DNA of 64,000 nucleotides, taken from assembly GCA_964016885.1 (NCBI GenBank), contig OZ024740.1, positions 413,788,001 to 413,852,000 on the forward strand. The letters are read 5' to 3'. The position numbers were made by a program, and so were the translations under genes. Source of the DNA: Eledone cirrhosa. Taxonomy: Eukaryota. Positions 53,313-64,000 of the stretch are shown here, one piece after another. The notes under the pieces are model-generated. The model saw only the letters and a list, made by a program, of their open reading frames with translations, did no database searches and was not told the DNA's origin. Each line of letters opens with the position of its first letter. The first letter of the stretch is position 1.

Positions 53313-56300
53313 AGTTTCTATTTATTTGCCATGAGGGCACAAAAGAAGGGGACAAATACAAGAGGGGGAGTTTACATAAAGGAACGAGTAAAAAACAAAT
53401 AACATAAAATTAACAATACAGTCCTCAATAGGGAGGAGGCGTTTTGGGGGTTACACTCACCCCCGAAAAAGTGTGCAACTCTTTTCCTTAGGAACACAGA
53501 GAGGGGTGTGCTCCTTTGAACTTCCACCTTTCCACCTACAGGCTGATAAAGAGAGAAGGCCCATTCATACAGGCCATTCTCGTTACTTTCACCCACCTTT
53601 CATAAAACTTGCTGGGGTAGAGCACCTCTCTCTCCATTCTGACCCTTCTCTTAAAATGGTATTTAAAGAAAAGGACCAGTTGTTGTCCGGAGAGAAAGGT
53701 GTCCGACCTCACCCCTTCAAACGTGTCCACCATTCCACCTCTTTCACCATGGCTATTACACCGAGGAAGACCGCCTCTCCTTCATTTTTGAAGGGGGGAG
53801 GCGGCTTGATCGTTACAATGGACTCGGTGGTCAACCGGATTGGTCCCACCCGTGACAGCAGTCGTTCGACATAGCCCCACAGATCGGCAACGCCCGAGCA
53901 GTGTACCAATGCGTGCGCAACGGTTTCCTCGTCGCGTACGCATCTGGGATAGATCTTTTTCGAGGGGTCCCTACCCAGGCACCCGTGTCTGTAGAGCTTT
54001 TCTCGAACGGGCAGCGCCCCTCGGTAGCACTGCCAGGCCAGGGACCTCTGGAAGTTGTCCATAGGTCCCGGGCCAAATGTCCTCCCGAATAGGCTGGCCA
54101 GTTCGTCTTCTTCCATGCCTAGGCCTTGTCCGAGGGCGTCGTCGCAACTACTAACCACCAGCCCTCTATAGAATGATGAGGTGGAGTCTCCACCGATAGC
54201 CGGGTCCTCCTGCCAGAGAGCCGTGAGCGCCTGGGCACACTCGGTGTGCCAGGCGCCCAGTTTTCTCGGTCTTTGCTTGACCCAGGACTACAGCTCGGGG
54301 AGCGAGACGAGTCTCGGAAAGGCTCGCCTCACAAACGAGGCCCACACCGGTCGACCGGTGAGAAATACCTGGAGGTGCCGTAGCCTTAATGCGTGTTTAC
54401 GCATCAGCAACCACGGCAACCCCAGCCCTCCTTTCGAAATGTGTTGAGAGCAGATGGATCTCCTCACCAAAGCAGCCCGATTCTTCCAAAGGAATTGGAA
54501 GAATGCGCGCTCCATTTTGGTGAGCGTTTCCCTTGGGCAAGTCACGAAGGTCAGGCGGTAATAGATGACGGACGCTATATAAGCGTTCGCCACCTCCACC
54601 CGACCTTTCAGGGATAGTTTGCACTCAGCCCACTTCTCCATCAGCGCAAACACCCTGTTCGATACCTCACCCCAGTTCTTCTCCACCTGGAGGTCTGGCT
54701 CGAACTAGACCCCGAGCAACTTCACCGGGCCCTCCGTTCAACGTCCGACGACGCCATCGGTCTGCCCCTCCACTCGCCGAGTTGCAAACCGACTGACTTG
54801 TCCCGGTTCAGCTAAGCCCCTGTAAACATTTCGCATTCGTCCACTAAGGTGCCGATCACCCCGATTTCCGAGGCGGTTGATACCATTACTGTCACGTCAT
54901 CGGCGTAGGCCGACACCGCTTTCCGCAATCCCGGTTCCAAAGGGATGCACTATAACAACTCCAACTTCCGCAGCAGTGGCTCTAGGGCCAATACATACAG
55001 AAGGGAGGAGAGAGGGCATCCCTGTCGGATGGACAGCGTGATTTCGAATGGACCTGGACGGGATGGCGCATGTCTGCGCATCTCCCACCAGGTTGCCCAC
55101 GACAAGCGCCAACCTCTTTGCTAACACCTTGGTCAAAATCTTTAACTCTGCATGTAACAGAGTTATGGACCTGAAATTACTTATTTCATCCCCCTTGTTC
55201 TCGTCCTTCCTCACTAGCGAGACAGAAAAGGGAATTCTCCCGTTCTGTTGCCAGTTGCAGTAGACCGCCTCGATGAGATCGAAGAACAAGTCCGGCATAT
55301 TTAAATACAGTTCGCATGGAAGACCATCGAGGCACGGAGATTCGCGTCTTCCACATTGGCTCAGCACGTCCCCTATTTCAGCAGCTGAGATCGGTCTCTC
55401 GCAGGTCGTCGCCTCTTCGTCCGAAAGATGCGACAGGTAGTCGAGGTATGGACCGAGGTCCACATCCCCATCCGGCCGCTCGCCTCTTCCGAACAATCGG
55501 GCAAAGTGCCTTTGAAAGGCTTCGCACATCTGCTTAGGTTCAAGGATCACCCGTCCATCCTGGTCTCGCAAAGCCCGGATAGTGGATCTAATCCCACTTT
55601 TGGCTTCTGTCACGCGGGCCCAGCTAACAGCTTTGGTCACCTCGTTTCCCAGAGCACGTATTTTTCTTCGGACAACGCAGCCTTCATGTTTCGTGTCGAA
55701 GAACTGGCCCAAAGCCATTCTCGACGCTAGCACTCTGGCTACGTCGCCGCTTCTAATTGCCTCTTCTACGATATCTACCAACTCCCTTTCCTTCCTATTT
55801 CTATCTGAGGCTAACTCCTTACTAACTCCTATTGAAGCTACTCTAATCTCTCTTTTGAGAGAGCCCCACCACCTTCTGTTGACGATGGCGCCCATTAACC
55901 GCTCCTTAACTAAAGTACTAATCCGGTCCCTGTAAGCTTTACTTGCCGGTAAGGACAAGTTGAGCTTCCAGTAACCGGGTCCCTGTCTATGCGTTCTATC
56001 AAGGTTAACCATGGAGGTCACTAACTTGTGGTCTGAATAGCCAACCATGAGCATTTCTGGACAACTTAAAAAGTTCCTATCCTTATTTCTAACTAAGAAC
56101 CTATCTAGGTACGATCTAGATTGACCGTTGTGGTTTGTCCAAGTCCAGGTTGGCACAGTCGGAAAATCTAGTCGATATCTATCGGCCAGGTCGAATCGGC
56201 CGTTTAACCCCTTGAGGCTGTTACAACCCCCTCTATCAGGACATGCCTCTACATAGTCCCAACGTGCATCTAGGATACCATTCCAGTCCCCCACTAAAAG

Positions 56301-58553
56301 CAAGGAGCGGGACCTCCCTAGAAAATCTCCAGACGATGGAAGAAGTCCGGCTGCGTTGACCCAAAAGAGCCGTAGACGGCGACCAGCCTAAAAGCTCCGC
56401 CTTCACCACTGCCAAGGTCCAGAACCACTAATCGACCCTCCGGGTCCAAGTGTACCGTCTGTGTAGCGAGACCCGGATGTTTTTGCAGCAGAACAACAAC
56501 CCCACCCCCACCTCCAGGCTGACAGATAGATGCGTGCATCTCAAAGTCATCAAAGGTGGGGGCCAGTGTCTCACGCTGCTGATCCGTGCCTCGCAAATAA
56601 CCATCACATTTATACATCGTGACCTGAGGTCATTTAGAAGCATTGCTTGCTTCCAAGCTGAGCCCAGGCCACGCGCATTTAGACAACCTACTCTCAACAC
56701 AGCCATGTTGGTGGTAAAGAGAAAAGGCACTTACCTCTCTGCGTCCCGGGGACCGGGCCGCACAATTTCCAACGGGGTGGGGTGGGTTGTTGGGTGGGGG
56801 TGGTTTGTGGAAGTGTAGGGGCATCAGTGTGTGGTGGGGTTGGGGTGTTTGTAATTGTGTGGGTGTCTGGGGGGGATTTTTTAGGAGACCACGGTTAATG
56901 GGTCTGACGCAGCGGGGCCCCTCGTCCTCTTTAAAAGTCTTTTAACGTTTTGTAAATGTCCATTGGAGGATTTGTCATTTTTAGATTGGGAAGCTCCGTT
57001 GCTTATGCGAAATTCGAACCTTCGGTTTTTATGAAGTTGTTATTATAAATAGCGTTTAACAGTTTTTTGTTTATTGTGTTTATGTAAGTGTATGCATATT
57101 TTTCTTTTTGTGTGATGTTTTTTGTTTGCTGTTGTTGTGTGTTTTTTGTGTTGATGTCTGTGTTATGTATTGGGGAGGGGTTGTTTGTATTTGTGTTCCT
57201 GTGGTGTATTTTCTTTTTTTCTTTTAACTTTATGAAAGTGTCCGTCCGTCCCCCCCCCCCCCCCCCCGTCTGACGACAAAAGGGGTCGTCTTCCGTATTC
57301 GAGGGGAGCGGTACATTTTCGGCTCGTGTTTGTGGTGTGGGTGTTATTGTATTTGTTTTCTGTGTGGGGGTGGGGAGATGGGGGGGGGGATTGCTTTCAG
57401 TTGTGTGTTAACTTGTGGTGTTAGTTGTTTTTGTGGTGGTGGTGGAGGTTGTGTTGGTAGTGTTGTAGTTGTTGGTGTGGGCAAAATCGGTGTTTTTTTT
57501 GTTTGCTTGCGAACAGGCAGCCCTCAGGTGACCTCTGTCACCACAGAGGTAACAAGCGGGTCGTCTACTATCCACTGTGATGTGTAAGTAGGCAAGCCCA
57601 TCCAGCAATATGCCGTCGGGGATCCTAGCAATTCGTTCTGGCTGCATTTGCACCAGAACTTGCAGGCTAGTTCCACTGAACACGTTGCTGGAAAACTTAC
57701 CTACCGAAATTACTGCATCCTCTTTCAAGTCGAAGAGGCCACACAGTACCGCCCAGAAATCAATATCTGGATTGATACTGTATATGGTCAATCTTTGCGT
57801 TCTTCTTCTCAAATACGTGGGGAAGAAGTTAAATAAGGGGGACACAATTGGGGCCAGGGAATGTTTTTCGGCCGTCAATGTAGTTTGAGCGAACGTCATT
57901 TTGTTCGCTCCCTCTTTGTTTACATTTTTCGAAATGTGGTTGTTTTCTTGTTTTTTGTTGTTACAATTTCCATTTTTTGTTGTGTTTGTGTTATTTATGT
58001 TGGTGTATGCGGTCACATTTGTTCCCCGTTGGGGTTAGACTCCATTTTTTCAAAATGTTCACTTATATTTTCAGTATCCGAGAGACTTGTAGTCACAGCT
58101 ACTACTTCTCTTTTACCTTTGCTGTGTGGGTGTGGCACCGTGAAAAGTCGAAACGGCATCCATTAATTTTGGCAATTTCTCCGAGTCAATTTTTTTCACA
58201 TTTTTTTCATTAGGGTTACGCTCCATTTTTTTCAATGTTTCTAATAATCATTATTCTTTCAGTAGGGAGGCTTGTTGCACCGCAACCCGCTCTCCTTCAG
58301 TTTGTTTAGTGGGCGAGTCATCGTTAACTGTGGTAATGGCTTCCATTACCACTAGCGTAGAGACAATCACAAGATTTTTAGGATGAAAACTTTCACCCCA
58401 AAAGGGGTGAAATAAATTAACCCTAATGTCCAAAGACCCAGGCAAGGGGGTTAATTAACACAATAGCGCAAGAATACAGACAAACACTTACTGTTAACAC
58501 GTAATATCTGCAATACTCGCGGAGCGGATGTGAAGAACGTCTATACCATCCGG
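53313..58553 (-). mobile_element. Full-length-like Tx1 element (copy B, different subfamily) with internal deletions
   Basis: ORF1 CYLC..GHLRAAC; ORF2 MAVLRVGCLNARG at 56706; RT lacks ~240 bp near 55048; GATA repeats on both flanks. Confidence 0.92.
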
Positions 58554-59759
58554 AGATAGATAGATAGACTGTCTATAATATGTCTATTTGTTTCATCGGA
58601 GATAATAATATCGCCACATTTATTCATCTGTCAGTATGTCAATTTTGTTGGAACGTGTGCAGATAATTTAATCTCATATGATGCGTTTTTCATCTGATAG
58701 CTTACAAACATTCAACCAATGAATGACTAGGATTGTTAACGATTCATTTCAGGAAAGCATGAAATGATTATTGCGACAGACCTTTTCATATTCATCCGTT
58801 AAATCCAGGCGTCACAATGTCATCGAATCCTTAGATTAGTTTACAAAGAACTATGATCAAATTGAATCTTGAAACCTCAAAGGATTTTACCTATTTCATA
58901 TCTAAATAAATCTGATAAATGAACTAAATTTTATGCGCACATCGATGCATTGGTACATCTAATATTCAATATATCTTTAATTTGTCATACGGACATAGAT
59001 TTACTGAATTCTTACTTGTACAAACATATTAGATTATATGACAGTAATATTGGTTCCTGCGATATAGTCGTATAAGAGGATGAGTTCCAAATACGTGAGC
59101 TCGAAACGCAGTTGTGCTTCTCGTTATAGTTTTAACCCAGTCCAACGTTAAGTGAATAAACTTATCGTCAAATATGTTCCATCCATCAACATTGCATTTT
59201 CTTATATCAAGGATTAAATCGTCCAATATATAGTTTTGTGTATTTTAATAAAATATGGTGATTTTTAGTGATATTCGAAAGTCATTTCCAGCATATAAAT
59301 CGACGAATATATGCTCTTGATAACTAATTCCTGTTAACAAATTGTTTTACATATGTAACACAGCGAAGGTTGCATCGCAAAAGCCAGTCTTTCACCTTCG
59401 AATTCACAATGTACTGGAGTCATTATAAGATACATTTGAGAAGGATAAGCTTACCTGAAACCTGCTGTAGTTGCAGTCTGAGGTGATCTTCGTTTGTCTT
59501 TGCTAGTTGCTAGCTTAGCAGTTTCGCTCATTTAGAAAGTGGCCATCGTGTCGCATACGTGTTTGTAAGTTTAAAATGTAATATGAAGGGACCATATATT
59601 TCTCTCTTGTTTTACCATTCACCCCAAGCAAAAATAAGTACTTGGGCATCATAGAATCTCATAAAAGTTGCAGTATATGTAGGAGCAGTTCCAATTCGGC
59701 GATCATAGATACTGCCAAAGAAGCAAGGTCTTGGTGTTGTCATGAGGTTGTATATTTCT

Positions 59760-60915
59760 AACAACTTGAGAGCCCATAAAGTTATGAACCCAACAAATCC
59801 TGGGTTAGGAAAGGGCCAAAGAAACCAGCTGGGTCTGCCTCGAACAATGTCAGATTTTCCAGTGATCTGATAAGTATAAGTGGTTCAGTTTGTAGCTCGG
59901 CCACTGGAGAGGCAAGATCATGTCGTTCAACAACATTGTCGGACACTGGACGAACGGATCGGTGAAGTTTCTCGGGGTCTGATCGGGTCTGCATCACCAG
60001 AGGGATAGACATTGGGATGAGGTAACGAGCAGGGTGGTCACTCTTACTAAACAATGAGCTATCACTGAGAAGTCAGGAGGAGGTGGCGAACATGTATATC
60101 ATTTTCGTTTTCTATTACCGCCTAAGTGTATTGCAGCACCTACACTTTTATTTCTTGTGGAAGGGATAGGTTCCAATGGTGAGGCAGATCATCTGCACCT
60201 AACACACTTTGTCGTGGTTGTTGTTGTGGAAACCGGCGCTGAGGCTTCGGCATTTGTAGATATTCTTAAACGGTCAACAGGTGTAGCCAAGTGTGACGAC
60301 GTTCTTGAGAACGAACTAGCTGACGATAATAAAGTAGCCAATCTCTTCCAAATGACATTCCGTCTGGGGCCTTCGGATAATTTTCTGGTTGTGCTATAGT
60401 GAGCACTGCCGGTTTGAGATAGACTCTACAGGCACAGAAGTGCTGTCAGATAAAACTGTCCGAGATACATAAAGAGAGACGAAACCGTTCTGCTCACACC
60501 CGGCTATCGGCCGACTCCATCCTGAGCATCGCCCAGCCATCTTCATTTGGCCGGGAGGGTGGGTAGTTTTATTTTGTTTGCTGGTTATAGCGAAAATGTG
60601 TGTCTCATGGACGAAACTGAAAACAGATACTTTGCTCTTTGACCACTTGGAAAGGAAGATAGGGTGGAGATGTAAGTGATGTCTCCCAGTAAACTTGTTA
60701 AAAGGTCGATGAATGTAGCAATGATGGCCCGAGTGAATGCATACGCCCGTAGGCTCGAGAAATCAGAGAGGAGAGAGTCACCTACCTATTAGGGTGGTTC
60801 TGGATCCGTAGAATCCACAAACTACCTCTAGGTAATTCTTCACCTATAATTATGTTATTTATTTATTGTTATTTGTTTTTTGTTTTCCCTTCTATTGTCC
60901 TTTATGTTTCGGCCC
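59760..60915 (+). mobile_element. Heavily decayed Tx1-type 3' fragment
   Basis: AKCDDVL..LFQMTFRLGPSDNF homologous to the ORF2 C-terminus; ends tggccaatagaaaaa. Confidence 0.7.
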
Positions 60916-60959
60916 TAATGGCCAATAGAAAAATATTATTTTGTCCTCCCTCAGAATTG

Positions 60960-61290
60960 ATCTTTATTCCTGTTTTATCTAAGATAGTGGCCCCTATCTA
61001 GTGATCGTGGGTACCATGGTGTTGTTTCCTTATTTTCAGTTTGTATCCAATAGCTTTCGTACTACCCTAGCCGTCTCCACCAAACAAAGGTTCTTTAACA
61101 TTTCCATAGTGAGATCTAATTCTAGTTGTTGTTGTTTTTTTATCGATTTATCAAATCTTTTTGTGATCGTCCCTAGTGTTCCAACGACTACTGGTATCAC
61201 TTCGACCTTTTCCTGTTCCGCATTCTTGATTTTTAATAATTTAGGGGGCCGTTATTTGTGCATCTTTTTCGTCTAGGCGAATACCAAATG
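60960..61290 (-). pseudogene. 3' RLE remnant of an R4-type retrotransposon
   Basis: Minus strand VEVIPVVVGTLGTITK..LCLVETARVVRKLL. Confidence 0.65.
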
Positions 61291-61333
61291 GAGAAGCTTG
61301 TTCTATCAATTTTTATTATTATGATATTAAGAA

Positions 61334-61550
61334 GGGCGATGGGTTGGCAGTATCGGTAGAGAGTCGGACACCATGCTTTGCAGCATAAAGTTATGTCCTT
61401 TACGATCTGAGATCAAATCCCGCCGAGGTTAACTTTGTCTTTCATCCTTACAGGGTCGATAAAATAAAGCACCAGTAACGTACTGGGTTCGATTTAATCG
61501 ACTTTCCCCTCCCCCAAATTACTGGTCTTGAGTCTATACTAGAAATCATT
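61334..61550 (+). mobile_element. tRNA-derived SINE (long-tail form) with target-site duplication
   Basis: attattatgatattaagaa on both flanks. Confidence 0.9.
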
Positions 61551-61761
61551 ATTATGATATTAAGAAAGATGGCGTACGTTTAATGTGCATTCAGTACACA
61601 CAACCCCCTTGACGCTGTTAGCGTACTTGATGCCACTTAACCTGTCTCAGTTATTTTCTCTTACACCTTTTAGTTGTTAATTCTTTTTGTGTATCAATAT
61701 GTTTATATATATTATATATATATTTATATCAATATACTTGTCTATATATATATATATATAT

Positions 61762-61830
61762 AGTGAAAAATGGAACGGGAACAAACCAGAGAGGCAGTAC
61801 AAACAAAGGTTTATTAGTTTCACGCTCTTG

Positions 61831-61831
<1 letters not shown>
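61762..61831 (-). mobile_element. 70-bp PLE terminal fragment in (TA)n
   Basis: Matches 41991-42060. Confidence 0.8.
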
Positions 61832-61904
<73 letters not shown>

Positions 61905-62356
61905 TATATATATTCAGAATTGAGTGGAGAGTGCTGGAAACAACATCAACGAGAACAGCTATAATATAACATGACCTAACTGCTAAGATGTAAATTTAAA
62001 TAATAATATTGTATTTAAATAGTATAATTCAATTATAGTAACTAATTTGATAAGAGCATTTGACAGACACTCTGTGGTGTAACCGGTCAGGTAGTCTCTC
62101 CGCGAGAAAGTTAGATAAGTAGTTTAAGCCCCATCACACGGTCTGCTGCCCCTTGTCATAATATATTGGCATTTATAATATTTAATATCATATCTTTGTG
62201 TTTCCTACCTTTTTTTATCGGTATTTAATGTACCAACCTCTGACACATGCGATAAAAAATTATGACAGCCATGAAATTATGATTTTATAAATTATGTATT
62301 ATACCACATTAGTATATACGACTGATATGTTAGTACAAAAACTGTCTCAGCCTCAC

Positions 62357-62505
62357 CTTATCATTGATTATATCAAGATTATAATGATGTATACATACTA
62401 TAGGGTGACGGATTTTAGAATCAGGTATAGCACCGATATTTCGTTTCATTCTTTTATTTTCTGACTTCAAATCATGCCAGTCTTTGACTGTCACTTTTCT
62501 GTTAT
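62357..62505 (-). CDS. Candidate internal exon of an unidentified host gene
   Basis: ttaattctatag acceptor, open frame DNRKVTVKDWHDLKSENKRMKRNIG..IINDK, AAG|GTGAGG donor; no homology check possible. Confidence 0.3.
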
Positions 62506-64000
62506 CTATAGAATTAATACCAGTCAAAATAGTGGATCATTTAAATCGAATATAACTCATCATGTATTAATATTTTTATAAATCAATACGACGACTTTTT
62601 AATATCAATATATTTAATAATACACTGGTGAAGTATAGATTTTCAATGTTGATTAACCTTAATAAAGTAAGGACTGTGCCACCCGGAGCTGTATTTAGGA
62701 GCGTTTGTGAAGGGAGTATGTGTAGTAGCATAACTCTGGGACTTTTTATTTTGTCTCTTTCTCTAGGTACACTCTAGCGCCAGGGAGGTCGACATTGGTG
62801 TTCATCTCTTCCGAATTTGACGAAATAAATACCAGTCAAAAGCTGAATAAATAATATCGACTGCGATAGTCCGCAAGTATAGTTGACCCTGTGTCACAAA
62901 TGCATATTTAGATAGTGCTGTAAATTATCAGAAACTTTGAACTGCACGCCTAAATGTTTACGTTCTGTATTTAATCCCCGCTATCATTGAATATTCTTTC
63001 CTTTATCTTTCTAGTGTCTACAAGTTAAATACAAATCGAAAGTTGCAGTTGCGTACATCCACTCCTCCCTGCCCTCATACCATCCGGCATTGTTTCACTT
63101 TGAGGATGAAATAGTAACAATTTTCTATGGTAGATGGTTATTTATTTACAGATATGGAAACTCCGTTCACTCATTTATGTACCATGGATACGGTCTAATT
63201 GGCATTATGGCTCTACAAGTGTATCTTGTTTGTTGTTGTTTTACCTTTGCTTCCATCATCTCTGACCGAGCAAACGCATGATCACGAAGGTGCTAATATA
63301 ATATGAAAAGGATAGTGAATCTCAATCTATGTAATAAAATGTTTCCTCCCGTTTTAAAAGACTGTAGGATGTTATTTCGTATAGATATGAAAGCTATTTC
63401 TAGCAGAACTCAAGTCATTCCTTATCAAACATGTATTTGATCCGATCCATTACAGTTTAAAACTAATTATCAATTGTGAATTTCAAAAAGGTAGAGTGTG
63501 AGTTTATTGAGATTTGGTTTTTATTTCTAGCAGGTCAGCCATGTAGAGATTGCTTCTCCGGATCATCCTTCCACACTTTGTAATATATGCTGATACCTAC
63601 ATCAACGTGGCTAGATGAACATTTCTAGTTGAAATATATTATCTGAAACAAAACTGAAAGATAAATAGACTCGGGCGAGCAATAAATATTCTATATTGAT
63701 TAGTTACTCCAAAAATAAAGAACTATTCTCAGAATGGAACATTTTACCAATTCGAACGTTCATAACTGCAGACACTTACATGGAAATAACTTGGTGGTAG
63801 TAAAATATCTGAGGTGCAATATAACACCATTTGCTTATTGGAAACAATTCAAAATAAAAGAAAAATGTATTTTATGATGCAAATTATAGTTCAGCGTAAT
63901 TAGTTAGACAATAAAAACTTAGTTAGGAAATGAATTTAAAACTGCATCATTATAAACACTGTAATGTAATGAAAAACACTCCCGGATGTGCAATATAAGC

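Noticed and set aside
47256-55935. Plus-strand ORFs overlapping the Tx1 elements
   Set aside because: Antisense shadows of GC-rich ORF2 sequence
59029-59226. 65-aa ORF, and similarly 63090-63281
   Set aside because: Short, non-ATG starts, no family motifs

Overview
AT-rich, microsatellite-saturated eukaryotic DNA. The SINE family and repeat style point to an octopus/cephalopod genome (inference). No host gene can be called confidently; most listed ORFs are translations of (TA)n/(TG)n/(TACA)n repeats. The window is dominated by retroelements that appear to partition the microsatellites. (1) Penelope-like elements (RT plus C-terminal GIY-YIG, one uninterrupted 710-aa ORF) and many solo, tandem or inverted pseudo-LTRs sit in (TA)n. 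They carry roughly 18 complete, degenerate or half type-I hammerhead ribozyme motifs, including a U3:A8 core variant with a 26-bp G-U-rich stem III inside a ~560-nt non-coding tandem unit. (2) Three head-to-tail R4/Dong-type RLE retrotransposons all end exactly at (CATA)n. (3) Five or six co-oriented L1/Tx1-type elements are stacked in one (GATA)n tract. Also present: tRNA-derived SINEs (two tandem trimers), CRE-clade and other RLE remnants, and a decayed mariner. All ribozyme calls come from base-pairing by eye and are untested.
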